NCBI GenBank assembly: GCA_023131835.1
Contig: JAGLZA010000099.1
Span: 787-64,786 of the forward strand
DNA length: 64,000 nucleotides
Direction of reading: 5' to 3'
Source: a candidate division WOR-3 bacterium
GTDB lineage: Bacteria > Hydrothermota > UBA3072
Shown here: positions 30,123 to 41,137 of the stretch, piece by piece
Layout of the letters: the number at the start of each line of letters is the position of its first letter
How positions within the stretch are numbered: position 1 is the first letter of the stretch
Program-made: the position numbers and the translations under genes
Notes under the pieces: model-generated
What the model was told of the DNA's origin: nothing
The model's input: only the letters and a program-made list of their open reading frames with translations
Databases searched by the model: none

Positions 30123-30293
30123 ATGAAGGTCATAGAGATTAAAAAGGGAGCAAATGACGAAATAATAGTTAGATTTCCGTATAACCCTTCTTATGTAAAG
30201 AAAACCAAGTCCATTAAAGGACACCATTGGCATCCAGGAGCCAAGTATTGGAGTTTTCCAAGTTCAAATGGTATTATTGAAGGGAAATCGTGA
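30123..30293 (+). CDS. Small hypothetical protein (56 aa; MKVIEIKKGANDEIIVRFPYNPSYVKKTKSIKGHHWHPGAKYWSFPSSNGIIEGKS)
   Basis: An ORF below the track cutoff. It has a strong upstream promoter but no SD, so it would be leaderless. Confidence 0.35.
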   Translation: MKVIEIKKGANDEIIVRFPYNPSYVKKTKSIKGHHWHPGAKYWSFPSSNGIIEGKS

Positions 30294-30428
30294 AAATCGG
30301 GGAACGGGGATTGACATCTTGACATTATTTCCACTTTTCCGTTCATTATCAAGGCCTTAGTTTCCCATTCCACTAACTTTATCCCAATTGATTTATTTTC
30401 AGATAATCCCTCCTCTCCCATATCACCC

Positions 30429-30457
30429 TTGACTTAAATTAATTTTCTTTTATGCTT
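30429..30457 (+). promoter_or_regulatory. Promoter-like motif CCTTGACTTAA-N-TTTTATGCTTTTAGGTG
   Basis: TTGACT at 30429-30434 and TATGCT about 16-17 nt downstream. A paralogous motif occurs at 31709-31740. Confidence 0.4.
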
Positions 30458-30527
30458 TTAGGTGACATCAAGAGAAAAACGTGGTGAAGAATGCTTTTAA
30501 CTTCGTCAAAAACAAAGGAGGTAAAAA

Positions 30528-30827
30528 ATGGTAAAAATAAAAATGATAGATGCTCTTCCATTGGGAAAAATCTCCGGTATTCTATATGCACTTATTGGGT
30601 TTATAGTCGGTGTGATTATGTCTTTTGTTTCAATAATTGGTGCCAGTCTGGGAGAACCTGAGGTAGGAATTTTTGGTGCCTTATTCGGCATAGGTGCAAT
30701 AATCCTATTCCCTATCTTATATGGTGTTATGGGATTCGTAGGTGGATTAATATCAGCATTGTTATATAATTTAATTGCGAAATGGATAGGAGGAATTGAA
30801 ATAGAATTAGAAACTCAAAAAATGTAA
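30528..30827 (+). CDS. Small integral membrane protein (3 TM, glycine-zipper rich)
   Basis: AAAGGAGG-7nt-ATG start. The sequence is hydrophobic and rich in G/A/I. Confidence 0.55.
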   Translation: MVKIKMIDALPLGKISGILYALIGFIVGVIMSFVSIIGASLGEPEVGIFGALFGIGAIILFPILYGVMGFVGGLISALLYNLIAKWIGGIEIELETQKM

Positions 30828-30907
30828 TTCTTTTCTTTTATGCTTTAAGGTATAAAGAGGAAAAGGTTAATAGAATAAAAAAAGTAGACAAAAAAAGGAG
30901 GAGTTGT

Positions 30908-31579
30908 ATGAGTAAAATTCATCTAAAAGGTATGTTATTTTTAGGGTTTTTTATTGCTCTTACATCTTTACCTGCATTGGCAGAACCAACAGAGGCAACC
31001 TTAATAGAAGCCTGGGAGACAATACAAAGGAATGATCCTGAAACTGTAGTCTTTGAAAAACTCGGAGAAAATCTTTACAAATTCAAAACAGAAAGGTTTC
31101 CTTTCGACGGTAAATTAAAGATACTCAATGTTAGCGTTGATGACCGAATGAAAGACTATGAATATGGAAATATTATGGGCATTATTGAGGTCGAGTTAGT
31201 TGACTTACCTGCGGATTTTTCGCTGAAGTATTCCTATAGTTATTCAATGTGGGGCCAGAATAATATGCTTTATTACGATGAAGAAACTGATGGATGGTTA
31301 ACCTCAAATGAGTATTACGCTAAAACACAGGAAAAACTCCCAAAAACTCCATCATTATTTTTCTTAAATATTCTTTCCTACGGACCAATCCTTATATTAA
31401 TTGTATTCATAGTATTCTCCTTGATTGTTATAGCTAATCTTCAAAGGAAAAATAAACAATATATGGATCACGCCTTAGAGTTAACAGAAAAGTCAATAGA
31501 ATTAGTTCGAAAATCCTTAGATTTAGGTGAAGATAGTAATAAAACATTGAAAGAGATACTGGAGGAATTGAAAAAGTAA
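30908..31579 (+). CDS. Hypothetical exported protein with C-terminal membrane anchor
   Basis: Signal peptide (LFLGFFIALTSLPALA), a ~150-aa soluble domain, a TM segment (ILILIVFIVFSLIVIA) and a charged tail. AAAGGAGGAG RBS. Confidence 0.55.
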   Translation: MSKIHLKGMLFLGFFIALTSLPALAEPTEATLIEAWETIQRNDPETVVFEKLGENLYKFKTERFPFDGKLKILNVSVDDRMKDYEYGNIMGIIEVELVDLPADFSLKYSYSYSMWGQNNMLYYDEETDGWLTSNEYYAKTQEKLPKTPSLFFLNILSYGPILILIVFIVFSLIVIANLQRKNKQYMDHALELTEKSIELVRKSLDLGEDSNKTLKEILEELKK

Positions 31580-31708
31580 AAAACGTCGGATAATCTCTCA
31601 ATCTCCCACCTGCCTACTCCCAAGTTCGGAGTTTGGGACAGTGCCAAAACTTTTCTGCTGTATTTCAAAAAATTGATAAAGATATAAAATAGATAATCCA
31701 AAATATCC

Positions 31709-31740
31709 TTGACTTAAGACTTATTTTTTATATGGTCTTT
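31709..31740 (+). promoter_or_regulatory. Promoter-like motif CCTTGACTTAA-N-TTATATGGTCTTTAGTG
   Basis: A paralogue of the 30429 motif, upstream of the channel gene. Confidence 0.35.
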
Positions 31741-31787
31741 AGTGAAAATGGAAGTTTATATTATCAACCATATAAAAGAGCAGATAA

Positions 31788-32783
31788 ATGAGTTATAAAC
31801 TTAAAATTCTCTTCATACTCCTTTTCATTGTAACAATATTTATCTATGGGATAGTCGGGTATGAAGTTATAGAGGGATGGAATTTTCTTGATTCCGCATA
31901 TATGGTCGTTATAACCCTCGCCTCTGTAGGTTACCGTGAAGTCCATCCCCTTTCATCCGGAGGAACAATATTCACCATTTCCTTAATCTTGTTAGGTATG
32001 GGGGTTCTGGTTTACGGTCTTACAACCATCACAGAGTTTGTAATAGAAGGAGATTTGAGAGAAATCCTCAGGAGGAGAAAAATGTTAGGAATAATAAAGA
32101 AAATGAAAGATCACTACATTGTATGCGGATTAGGTAAAACAGGCAAAAATGTAGTATCTGAACTCATAGAAACAAAACGGCAATTTGTTGTGATCGATTA
32201 TGATCCGGAGAAGGCAAAAGAATTAGGAAAAGATGTCGTTCTTATACAGGGAGATTCAACCCATGACACTACCCTGGTAGAAGCAGGAATTCTGGAGGCA
32301 AGGGGTCTTGTTGCTGTCCTACCGGAGGATGTAGACAATTTGTTTCTTGTGCTTACTGCAAGGAATTTAAACCCTGATCTCAGAATAGTCGCAAAATGTA
32401 TTGAAGAGGAGACAATACCGAAATTGTTTAAGGCAGGAGCAAACTCTGTTGTATCTCCTAAAATCATAGGGGGATTGAGACTTGCATCAGAGTTAATAAG
32501 ACCTGCAGCCGTATCATTTCTCGACATGATGCTGAGAGTACAAAAAAGGGCGCTTCGTATTGAGGAAGCAAAGGTCTGGCAATCGTCTATATATGTGGGT
32601 AAAAAAATGGAGGATTTGCAAAAGGTTACAGGAAAGGAATCTAATCTTCTAATCATTGCCCTTTTAAGAAATCAAGAACATCTCTTTAATCCTCCCCCGG
32701 AAACCGAAATCAAAGCAGGAGATGTTGTAATTGTAATGGGTGATGTAGAAGATGCCAATAGATTCAGGCAATTATTGAAATGA
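31788..32783 (+). CDS. Two-TM pore-loop ion channel with RCK (TrkA-N/TrkA-C) gating domain; atypical filter SVGYRE
   Basis: Two TM helices flank a pore sequence TLASVGYREV (GYR instead of GYG). It also has a Rossmann GLGKTGKNV (TrkA-N) and a C-terminal TrkA-C domain. Confidence 0.7.
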   Translation: MSYKLKILFILLFIVTIFIYGIVGYEVIEGWNFLDSAYMVVITLASVGYREVHPLSSGGTIFTISLILLGMGVLVYGLTTITEFVIEGDLREILRRRKMLGIIKKMKDHYIVCGLGKTGKNVVSELIETKRQFVVIDYDPEKAKELGKDVVLIQGDSTHDTTLVEAGILEARGLVAVLPEDVDNLFLVLTARNLNPDLRIVAKCIEEETIPKLFKAGANSVVSPKIIGGLRLASELIRPAAVSFLDMMLRVQKRALRIEEAKVWQSSIYVGKKMEDLQKVTGKESNLLIIALLRNQEHLFNPPPETEIKAGDVVIVMGDVEDANRFRQLLK

Positions 32784-32933
32784 GAAATATATCATTATTG
32801 GTGTCAGGTCTTTTTTTTACCAACTCTTTTGGAGATGAATCGATCTTTTTATGGAATTTTTGATAAATATACTTTATAAATAATATAACAAAAAATGATA
32901 TAACTGTGATTGAAATTCCTATTAACAAAGCAT

Positions 32934-33488
32934 TCATAGAATTTCACCCTCTTGTATCTTCACCCAGTACCCAAACAGTGATTTTTCGTAGTGGTTATGG
33001 TTGGGATAGCGGAACTCGATAATTTTCCAGAACTTTTTATTATGCCTTCTTTCAATAAGATGAGCGAGTTCGTGGAAAATTATATATTCAATCATATTCT
33101 CAGGTAGAAATTTCATAAGGGTGTTCGCTGTTATATTATTCCTTCCACTCAGGCTTGCCCACTTGGTTTTCATCTTCCGGAAAAAGATTTTGTTTGCCTT
33201 TACATTTAAATCCTTTGAAATCTCTTCCATATAATTTTGGATCAATTGTCCAAAATCTTTGGATTCCCTTGCTACAAGTTCCTTTCCCTCTGCCTCCTTA
33301 ATACATTCATCTATGAATGCCCTCTTTTTCTCAATCCACCTGCTGTGTTTTTCATAAATTTCTTCAGGCTTGGTCCCATAAGGTAAAATAAGTACAAGTT
33401 CACCTGTTGTAAATTCAATCCTCGGATATTTCACTTTCCTATAGAATACTCTGTAATTTGAAATTTCAGGAACCGTAGTTTTCAACAT
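32934..33488 (-). CDS. DUF45/YgjP-like HExxH metal-dependent hydrolase (type I R-M associated)
   Basis: HELAHLIERRH zinc-binding motif. Overlaps the hsdR 3' end by 23 nt. Confidence 0.7.
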   Translation of the reverse strand: MLKTTVPEISNYRVFYRKVKYPRIEFTTGELVLILPYGTKPEEIYEKHSRWIEKKRAFIDECIKEAEGKELVARESKDFGQLIQNYMEEISKDLNVKANKIFFRKMKTKWASLSGRNNITANTLMKFLPENMIEYIIFHELAHLIERRHNKKFWKIIEFRYPNHNHYEKSLFGYWVKIQEGEIL

Positions 33489-36486
33489 TCTTTACAAGCC
33501 TTTCGAAAAGTTTATTCATCTCTTCCATAGACAGGTTATACTTTGTTTTAGATCTTCTTGTATATCTTCTGAGTTCCCTCTCAACCTGCTTTCTTACGGT
33601 TGTTTGGTTTATCCATCCCGGGAACATTGATTTCCTTAATTGAAGTGATAATTCCTTTATATTCCTTTCTATCTTCTCTGCTTCCCCGGTACTCCGTTCC
33701 ACGCTCAGAAGCATAGCATATTCCATATCATCAAAATGAAGTTCTTTTTGTCTGACGGTGAGGGAGTTCATATCTTTCATAATCTCAGTTTCTTCTTGAT
33801 ATATCCTCTCGTAATCTTTTACTCTCTCTCTCCACATCTCCATAAGCCTTTCAACCCTTTCTACGAGAGATTCATAGATGGGATTCCTTTGTTTATCAAC
33901 TAAAACGAGTTTATTAAGAGCAAAGAGGATATTTGCTGCTTTCTCTTTTTTGTTTTCTACTTTTTCTTCAATTTTTTGCATATATTCATCATCAATCTCC
34001 ATTATAGGTAGGCCATCTTCAATCCCTTCTATCTCTGTTGTCTTATGCACATATTCCACGGTTTTGCTATAATATTTTGAGATTAAGGCTACATTCTCTT
34101 CCTTTTGAAGCACCATTTTATAATAATAGTTGTATATTCCTGTAAGCCATTTATATTCATTAAAGTAATCAAGTTTTATTTCATCTGGCCCGAGGATTTC
34201 AAATATTTTCCTCAACTTCCTGAACCTTTCAGCAAACTCCCTCTCTTTTTCTGCATCGCCAGTAAGAACCTCCACTGCTTTAAGAAGTGTTTCTCTTTCA
34301 AAGGATTGGGGTAAATCAGAGAGGAGTTTTATTAATTCTGCAATGATCTCTCTAAATTCTTCCCTTACACTATCATAATTGAAAAGGGCTCCTTTTAAAT
34401 CTTCTTCATTATACATCTCTAAGGCTTGCTTAAATGCCTTGAGAACTCCAACATAGTCAATTACAATTCCTGCCTCTTTTATATCACGATAGGGTCTATT
34501 TGTGCGAGCAACAGCCTGAAGTAGGCGATGCTCCTTTAGAGGCTTATCAAGATACATTACCTGAAGTATTGGAGCATCAAACCCTGTGAGAAGCATATCA
34601 GTTACTATAAGAATTTTAGGATAATCTTCAAACTTAAAATTATCAATGGTTTCCTTTTTGATAGTGTCATAATCCTTGCCTCCGTAAAATGCTCTTGCCT
34701 CTGTTACATAATCAATGATATGTACTTTGTCTCCTCTGTTATAAGTCATTATTACTTCAGAGTATTCCCTTGGCAAATATTTATCCAGGGCGAATTTATA
34801 ATCCACGCAAGCATTTCTACTTGCTGCAACAACCATTCCTTTAAACTTACCATCAAAATTTTTCATAAAGTGATTTGCAATATTCTTTGCAATAACCTCT
34901 ATTCTTTTAGGATTTTCAAGATATAATTTTATTGTAGTAAGTCTCTTTTTTAATTCTTCTTCAATTATTTCCCTTTCGATTTCTGGAAGTTCCTCAAATT
35001 CTGTCTCAATAAATGATTCAAACATCTTCTCTTTGAGGTGAGATTTTTCAAGCCTCGGTTGATAAACAATCTTAACAGTAAATCCATCTCGTATGGAATC
35101 GGTAATGAAATATCTATCAAGATGAGTTTCCAGAGGTGGGTAGCTGAACTGTAGGTATGTATTTCTATCGATCTTTGATATAGGCGTTCCGGTCAGAGCA
35201 AAGAAGAAGGCATTCTTGAGGATTGATTTCATCTGAGCAGCGAGAAGTCCATACTGAGTTCTGTGTGCCTCATCTATAAAAGCAACAATATTCCTTCTAT
35301 TCATAATGGTTTCTGAATCTCTGGATTTTCTTTCAAGGTATTGCTGTATATCCTGGAAATCCTCTGGTTTGAACTTGTAAATCAGTGTGATAAAAATACC
35401 TCTTTTACCCATGTAGTCGCTACCCTTTAACATACCCTTTAATTCCCGAGCGGTTTCAATCTTTTCAGGTTTTATGGTATCTAAAGCATTAAACTCAGTA
35501 TAGAGCTGGTCTTTAAGGTCGATTCTGTCGAGTATAAAAAATATCGTTGGGTTTTCAAGAACTTTGGAATAGAATAACTTAATAGCAGCAAATATCATAG
35601 TCAGAGTCTTTCCGCTTCCCTGCCAGTGCCAGATAAGACCCGTATCTTTATCATCTTCTCCTTTAAGATTTTTGATTACTCTCTCCACCATCTTATTAGC
35701 AGCTCTGTACTGCATATATCTTGCAATAACCTTTGTGGCATCTCCCATTTCAATTCTGAAGAAGAGGAAGTTTCTCAAAATATCAAGCAGTTTATCCCTT
35801 GTGAACATAGTAATAGTTGAGTCGATAGAATCTCTACCCTCCTCTTTCCACTCATAAAATTTTACATTTTCCTGCCAGGGAACGATTGGGAAATACTTTG
35901 CTATAGCCTCAACAGCAACACCTATCTGGACATATTTATAAAGCTCTGGAACTGCTTTTTCATAATCCTTTATTTGTCTGTAAGCATCATGCCATGATTC
36001 AGATATACTAACAGGGTTCTTACACTCAATATTAACCAGAGGGATACCGTTGATATAAAGCATGACATCAGTTCTAATCTTATCTTTGCCTTGATATTGA
36101 ACTTGTCTACTTACAATAAATTCATTATTTTCAATGTTTTCGTAATCAAAGAGTTTTATTCTTTCAACGACCCCCTCTTTTTCCAGTTTAACCGGTATTC
36201 CATGTTTATAATATTGAAGAATCTTCTTTGAACCTTCTATGCCTGTTTGAATAAGTTTTAATTCAGTTAACGCCCTGTTTATGTCTTCTTGAGTGAGATT
36301 AGGTATTAGGTTAATCCTTTTAACTGCCCGAAGAAGGTTAGAGATAAGGAGTGGTTCTTCAAAACTCTCCCTCTCCAAATCTTCAGGAGGAATAAATGTC
36401 CACCCAATTTTTATAAGTTCTTCAACTATATAATCTTCAACGAGTGATTTTTCATTAAACTTAGTCATTATATTACTCCAAATCAT
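33466..36486 (-). CDS. hsdR: Type I restriction enzyme R subunit
   Basis: 1006 aa with SF2 helicase motifs (GSGKT Walker A, DEAH box in IDEAHRTQYG), an N-terminal nuclease domain, and operon context with hsdM and hsdS. Confidence 0.85.
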   Translation of the reverse strand: MIWSNIMTKFNEKSLVEDYIVEELIKIGWTFIPPEDLERESFEEPLLISNLLRAVKRINLIPNLTQEDINRALTELKLIQTGIEGSKKILQYYKHGIPVKLEKEGVVERIKLFDYENIENNEFIVSRQVQYQGKDKIRTDVMLYINGIPLVNIECKNPVSISESWHDAYRQIKDYEKAVPELYKYVQIGVAVEAIAKYFPIVPWQENVKFYEWKEEGRDSIDSTITMFTRDKLLDILRNFLFFRIEMGDATKVIARYMQYRAANKMVERVIKNLKGEDDKDTGLIWHWQGSGKTLTMIFAAIKLFYSKVLENPTIFFILDRIDLKDQLYTEFNALDTIKPEKIETARELKGMLKGSDYMGKRGIFITLIYKFKPEDFQDIQQYLERKSRDSETIMNRRNIVAFIDEAHRTQYGLLAAQMKSILKNAFFFALTGTPISKIDRNTYLQFSYPPLETHLDRYFITDSIRDGFTVKIVYQPRLEKSHLKEKMFESFIETEFEELPEIEREIIEEELKKRLTTIKLYLENPKRIEVIAKNIANHFMKNFDGKFKGMVVAASRNACVDYKFALDKYLPREYSEVIMTYNRGDKVHIIDYVTEARAFYGGKDYDTIKKETIDNFKFEDYPKILIVTDMLLTGFDAPILQVMYLDKPLKEHRLLQAVARTNRPYRDIKEAGIVIDYVGVLKAFKQALEMYNEEDLKGALFNYDSVREEFREIIAELIKLLSDLPQSFERETLLKAVEVLTGDAEKEREFAERFRKLRKIFEILGPDEIKLDYFNEYKWLTGIYNYYYKMVLQKEENVALISKYYSKTVEYVHKTTEIEGIEDGLPIMEIDDEYMQKIEEKVENKKEKAANILFALNKLVLVDKQRNPIYESLVERVERLMEMWRERVKDYERIYQEETEIMKDMNSLTVRQKELHFDDMEYAMLLSVERSTGEAEKIERNIKELSLQLRKSMFPGWINQTTVRKQVERELRRYTRRSKTKYNLSMEEMNKLFERLVKNVENYGS

Positions 36487-37255
36487 CTATCTTGTGATAT
36501 ATTCTATTCAATCCCCTTTGTGTGGCTCTACACAACTTTATCAATTCAGGAAATGACTTTACAATTGGGTGTTTGTATGTATAGATTTGGGATGGAATGC
36601 CTTTCTGGGATGGATATCGTGTATTTTCTACACAGGATGCGGAAACGAAAAACGATAATACTATAAGCAAATACTCAACATCAAACATATTAGCCAATAC
36701 ACTTTGTATTTCTGCCAACATTTTATCGAGATGCTCCTGTGCAATGTCTGACGATGATTTATCACAAATAGCTTTGAGTACTAGTTTTGACTTCTTTTCC
36801 AACTCTGGATAGATTTCTGCTAGGAATTTCAATCTCCTTTTTCGTGTCATCAAATCAGGCAGTAACTTCATAAATTCCTCTTTTTGGACTTTTTCGAGTA
36901 ATTTGCTATTGCTAAAGAGGTTTGAAGCTTTACTTATGTCATTTCGGAACTCCCTGAGCTCGACTTGCTCATTGATATCTATATTGTTGCAATGCACCCT
37001 TTTTTCTTGCAACGGTATTTGATTAAGCAATTTCTGCATCAAACAACTAAGAACTCTCGTTGAGTTATGCCCAACATCTTTCTTTAGTTCCTGAATTGTC
37101 AGATTGTCTTGAAGGGCTCCAAAAGATTTGAACATTTTCTCAATGCTTTGTTGTAAGAAAAAGACAGCCTGTGGATATAGTTTGTTTTTGTACAAAATCT
37201 TGGCAGCCTTTAAATCATTTATTGATATTTTAAAAAGGACATCTGCTACATTCAT
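36473..37255 (-). CDS. HEPN-domain protein
   Basis: N-terminal [31 protein letters not shown] fits the HEPN helical signature, with a downstream GHNSTR motif. Embedded between hsdS and hsdR with 4-nt and 14-nt overlaps. Confidence 0.55.
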   Translation of the reverse strand: MNVADVLFKISINDLKAAKILYKNKLYPQAVFFLQQSIEKMFKSFGALQDNLTIQELKKDVGHNSTRVLSCLMQKLLNQIPLQEKRVHCNNIDINEQVELREFRNDISKASNLFSNSKLLEKVQKEEFMKLLPDLMTRKRRLKFLAEIYPELEKKSKLVLKAICDKSSSDIAQEHLDKMLAEIQSVLANMFDVEYLLIVLSFFVSASCVENTRYPSQKGIPSQIYTYKHPIVKSFPELIKLCRATQRGLNRIYHKIDDLE

Positions 37256-38472
37256 ACCTTTGATCTCCTTTTTCCCGTCAACAAATCATTCATCAACCCT
37301 TTTTTGACTCTTTCATATTTCCTTTTTTGGAGACGGAGAGTTCTAAGTTTCTTATCTATGGTGGAAAGAATTTCTGCAATTTTTTTCTGCTCTGGGAAAG
37401 AAAGAAAAGGTATTTTAAAGTTCTCGAGAATTGACTTTTTTAATTCCTTAAAAGTACTACCTCCACTTAGATCCTCTAAGTTTTTTTTCTTATTTAAAAA
37501 ATAATTGGCATAAAATTCTGAAGAAATATTTTTAGAAGTGTGGGGAACTAAACCTTTACAGCCCTGATTAAAAGATGCTTTTTTTGAAAGCAAAGATACA
37601 TAGCCTACTGGAGCTCGGGTTGACAGGATTATGGAGTTTTTGGGTAATAAGCTAAGATTAGTATCATTTAAACCTGCTTCAGTAATTTTCCTTGAACTGT
37701 CATCTATATAAATCCTATCTTTGAGTTTACTAAGATCGGATGGTGTAATCCAAAGAATATCACCATTTCTCCAGTAACCATCTTTTTTTGTTGAAGGGGT
37801 AGTACCTGTTTTCACACCAAACAAATCAATTACTTTTTTTACCTCCCACTCCTTAGGTATCCTCCCAATCTCCGTATCCTTAAATTCCTTATGTCCGATT
37901 CCTTTTGTAAGTAGTTCTTGCATAAGACCTTTTTTAATTCTTTTAGTTTTTTCAATCGCTTCATCAACCTTCTGAATAGCCTTATCCACCATCCCCAATA
38001 TCTCCGCAATTTTTTGTTGTTCGGGAAGGGGAGGGAGGGGGATTGGATATCTATTTAATTGAGTTTGAGTTAAAATTGGGTGAGTACTTTTAGTAGCTAA
38101 CCTCTTTAAATTTTTATAACTAAGTAAATAAAATATAAATTTCATATTTATATTTTTCGAATCATAACTCTCACTATATATAGCATTGTCAGAAACCCAA
38201 AATTTTCCTGTTGCTAAATGTATTTCTCCAGAAGCTCCTACTCTACCCACAATCAATGTAAAATCCTTATCTATTATACATTTGTCTGTCTTTCCCATAA
38301 CTCCATTAGCACCATATATTTTATAATTACCAGTATTAGAAAATTCTGGTCTTGATCCATTTTTAAATTTTATAATACTCTCCAATCTTACTACTTTCCA
38401 ATCTTTTGGAACTTTTTCTGTCAATGTCTCAAAATAAACCGTTTGTTTCTCAGAATGCATCTTCAACCCCAT
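37252..38472 (-). CDS. hsdS: Type I restriction-modification specificity subunit
   Basis: Two target-recognition domains separated by conserved coiled-coil repeats ([11 protein letters not shown]...[10 protein letters not shown] and [11 protein letters not shown]...[10 protein letters not shown]). Confidence 0.85.
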   Translation of the reverse strand: MGLKMHSEKQTVYFETLTEKVPKDWKVVRLESIIKFKNGSRPEFSNTGNYKIYGANGVMGKTDKCIIDKDFTLIVGRVGASGEIHLATGKFWVSDNAIYSESYDSKNINMKFIFYLLSYKNLKRLATKSTHPILTQTQLNRYPIPLPPLPEQQKIAEILGMVDKAIQKVDEAIEKTKRIKKGLMQELLTKGIGHKEFKDTEIGRIPKEWEVKKVIDLFGVKTGTTPSTKKDGYWRNGDILWITPSDLSKLKDRIYIDDSSRKITEAGLNDTNLSLLPKNSIILSTRAPVGYVSLLSKKASFNQGCKGLVPHTSKNISSEFYANYFLNKKKNLEDLSGGSTFKELKKSILENFKIPFLSFPEQKKIAEILSTIDKKLRTLRLQKRKYERVKKGLMNDLLTGKRRSKV

Positions 38473-40181
38473 ATATCTGGAACATTCTCTTTGTATTTTT
38501 TATAATAGGTCTCAAATTTATCAATAGAGCCATCGAAAAATCCTGTTTTTAAAAAAGACCAATTATCACCCTCTTTGATCCTTTCTTCAATAAAATACTT
38601 TATATAGGAATTACTAAAAGTGATTGAAAAATTCCAAGCATATTTTCCTACAGGAGTCCAAAACCTGTTAGTAGATTCAATGTCTTCTATTGTTAACCAA
38701 AGATAAACAAGAGCATAAAGAAATTCGAACACATCAAAAAAATCTTCGTATTCTTTTTCATTAGTAGTAAAATTTACAAATAATCTCTTTAAATTATTGC
38801 AAAGAAGGAAACTTGATGAAGTGGGACGATTTTTATATTTTTCAAAGCTGCTTTGAATCCAATTTGTCATTTCATTAACATATACCTCTTCTATTAAAGA
38901 CTTAACGTTCCTTCCTCTCAATTTTGTTTCTATTAATAATCCGAATAAATTTACATAGTTTTCATTTAACAAAGAGGTTATCCCGCATGTGTAGATAATT
39001 GCCAAGATTGGTAAATATTCATAGCCATTCATATTTTCATAGGCAAATTCTTCTATAGTAGATATGAGAATTTTTTTGTAATTACCATTCGAGTAAAAGC
39101 TTATACAGGCAATAATATGAAGGAGTGTTTCCAAATTGTTAAAACAGTAATTTACTAATTCTTCAGGTCCAAATTCTCCTGGATTACCATAGAAACTATT
39201 TTCAAATTTATTTTTAATTTTTTTCCTCTCCTTCCTTACAAGGTCGTCGAGTTTTATATAGTTATTTTCCGCAATGCATTTTTTTGTTTCCTCAATTGCA
39301 ATAGCACTTGATAACGGGTGGGGTTTACTATACGCTTCCAATGCTTCTATCTTATTCGAGAGTTCCTCATAAAATGTATCAGCACCTTCTATAGTAATTA
39401 AATTAGCTTTTAGGAATTTTACCAATTTTTTAGCTTCAGATTCAGGCTCACTCCTAACTGTCCAATAAATTGAATATCTTCTGTTTTTTCTTCTATGAAG
39501 AGCATTTCTTAATGCTTCATCATACATGGCAGACCATCCACAGACTATTAAACCAAAATCATCAAAAACTTTATCAAGTAATTTGTTTTTTTCTTTTGAA
39601 TATTTCAAAAGCTCTTCAGGTGTATTTTTCATCTCACCATCAATGTAATCCCCGTGTAATTTTATGATTGTTACTCGATGTATATATGGAGTTCTTCCTT
39701 TCATTTTATCCTTAGTAGATATAACTTGATAATCACTAATCCCTTCTTCTTCTATAGCCTTTTCTATAAGTCTATCAAAATTTGTAGTCAAAATCATTTT
39801 AATATATCCTTTACTAACTAATCTGGCTATTGTCTTATGCGCTTTTGTAGGTTGTTTTTCACCTGCTTCTCCTTCTTTCTTATTAGGTTCAAAATATTCT
39901 CTCAAGATACCTCGTTGCTCCTCTCGAGTGCGAGCTAATCTTTTTACAAGATTTGAATAAGTAGGTTTTTCTTTGTATTTATCCCAATACCATTTTTCTG
40001 GATTTTCGATTTCTTTCTCTCCAGATACTGCTCCGATTTTCCTAATTAGATCAAGCATGATTTCCCACCCCGTTGGAATTCCTGAACCCCTTGAGGCCCC
40101 TGAGCCAATAAGAAGAGCATAGATCCCGGGATTGGAATATATCGAAAATGCAAGTTGTATCATTTTATCTTCATTTGTCAT
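38463..40181 (-). CDS. SIR2-like (SIR2_2/DHS-like NAD-binding) domain protein with ~300-aa uncharacterised C-terminal domain
   Basis: N-terminal [24 protein letters not shown] motif typical of defence-associated SIR2 proteins. Lies between hsdM and hsdS, overlapping hsdS by 10 nt. Confidence 0.6.
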   Translation of the reverse strand: MTNEDKMIQLAFSIYSNPGIYALLIGSGASRGSGIPTGWEIMLDLIRKIGAVSGEKEIENPEKWYWDKYKEKPTYSNLVKRLARTREEQRGILREYFEPNKKEGEAGEKQPTKAHKTIARLVSKGYIKMILTTNFDRLIEKAIEEEGISDYQVISTKDKMKGRTPYIHRVTIIKLHGDYIDGEMKNTPEELLKYSKEKNKLLDKVFDDFGLIVCGWSAMYDEALRNALHRRKNRRYSIYWTVRSEPESEAKKLVKFLKANLITIEGADTFYEELSNKIEALEAYSKPHPLSSAIAIEETKKCIAENNYIKLDDLVRKERKKIKNKFENSFYGNPGEFGPEELVNYCFNNLETLLHIIACISFYSNGNYKKILISTIEEFAYENMNGYEYLPILAIIYTCGITSLLNENYVNLFGLLIETKLRGRNVKSLIEEVYVNEMTNWIQSSFEKYKNRPTSSSFLLCNNLKRLFVNFTTNEKEYEDFFDVFEFLYALVYLWLTIEDIESTNRFWTPVGKYAWNFSITFSNSYIKYFIEERIKEGDNWSFLKTGFFDGSIDKFETYYKKYKENVPDIWG

Positions 40182-40222
40182 TTTCTTCTCTCTCTCCTTT
40201 TAATTATAATGCTTTCTTCAAT

Positions 40223-41089
40223 TTATTCACCTTTTTCATTTTCACTATATTTAGCTATAACATAATTCACAAAAGCAGAAACTGTAACCAGCATATACCT
40301 TGCTTCTACCATACCAGGCTCAAGAGTCTTTCCTGACTTTGCATGCCTTATACCTCCTTCCTTTGAAGTCCAGTTATATAACTCTTTAAAGCCTTCACGC
40401 AAATTATAATGAACGTTAGTGAGACTTTGAATTATCCCAGATAAGGATTTATCTTTTCCAGTTATTATCTTAGCTGAAGATTCGACTGCACTTATCGATT
40501 CTTTAATTGAATTTTCATAATCAGGACTTTTTCTATCAGAAAAAAGATCTAATGCCTTTTTCAAATGTTCCCTCACTGGTGCAAATTTGTCTGGTGGATT
40601 TAATGCCTTTTCAATTTCTTTTATCTCTTCCTTGTTTGTTAGTGGTGAGACTGTCGTTCCAACTATCCTATAAGGTACACTTTCTTCCTCGAAAAGGTTA
40701 TTAATATCTTTGACTAAATATGGAATTTCGTTTGTATTAGGAAACTCACTAATCAGAAATTCAACAAGATCATAAACTTCAAACCACTGTAAATTTAAAA
40801 ATCGATTTTTTATTATCTTAGTGATTTTATCCTTCTTTAAGGTAGTATAAACCTCCCTGTCAACTAGCTTATCCAAGTCTTCTTTAAAAAATTTGTCCCA
40901 CAGATCTATTATAAAAAGATCAACAGGAAATTCCTCATATCTTTTTTCTCTAAATATACATCTTCTTAGAATATTCCAAATTCTTGTTTTAAGGTGATTG
41001 GATATTTCTTCCAATAATTGAGATTCTTCTATCTTTTTATATCCATATCTTTCAGAAAACCGCATAATTTCCCTCAATGATATATGCAA
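40223..41089 (-). CDS. Hypothetical protein (possible Abi/HEPN-like)
   Basis: 288 aa with no confident motif. The C-terminal region contains GGIRHAKSG. Co-oriented and tightly spaced within the R-M operon. Confidence 0.4.
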   Translation of the reverse strand: MHISLREIMRFSERYGYKKIEESQLLEEISNHLKTRIWNILRRCIFREKRYEEFPVDLFIIDLWDKFFKEDLDKLVDREVYTTLKKDKITKIIKNRFLNLQWFEVYDLVEFLISEFPNTNEIPYLVKDINNLFEEESVPYRIVGTTVSPLTNKEEIKEIEKALNPPDKFAPVREHLKKALDLFSDRKSPDYENSIKESISAVESSAKIITGKDKSLSGIIQSLTNVHYNLREGFKELYNWTSKEGGIRHAKSGKTLEPGMVEARYMLVTVSAFVNYVIAKYSENEKGE

Positions 41090-41137
41090 GTTGAGTCATT
41101 TTGTCTTCATTGGTCATTATCTTCCTTCCTTTTTTTA

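Noticed and set aside
30833-30853. Second copy of the promoter -10 region motif (TTCTTTTATGCTTTAAGG) after gene 30528-30827
   Set aside because: There is no -35 TTGACT partner upstream, so it is treated as a partial duplication rather than an independent promoter.
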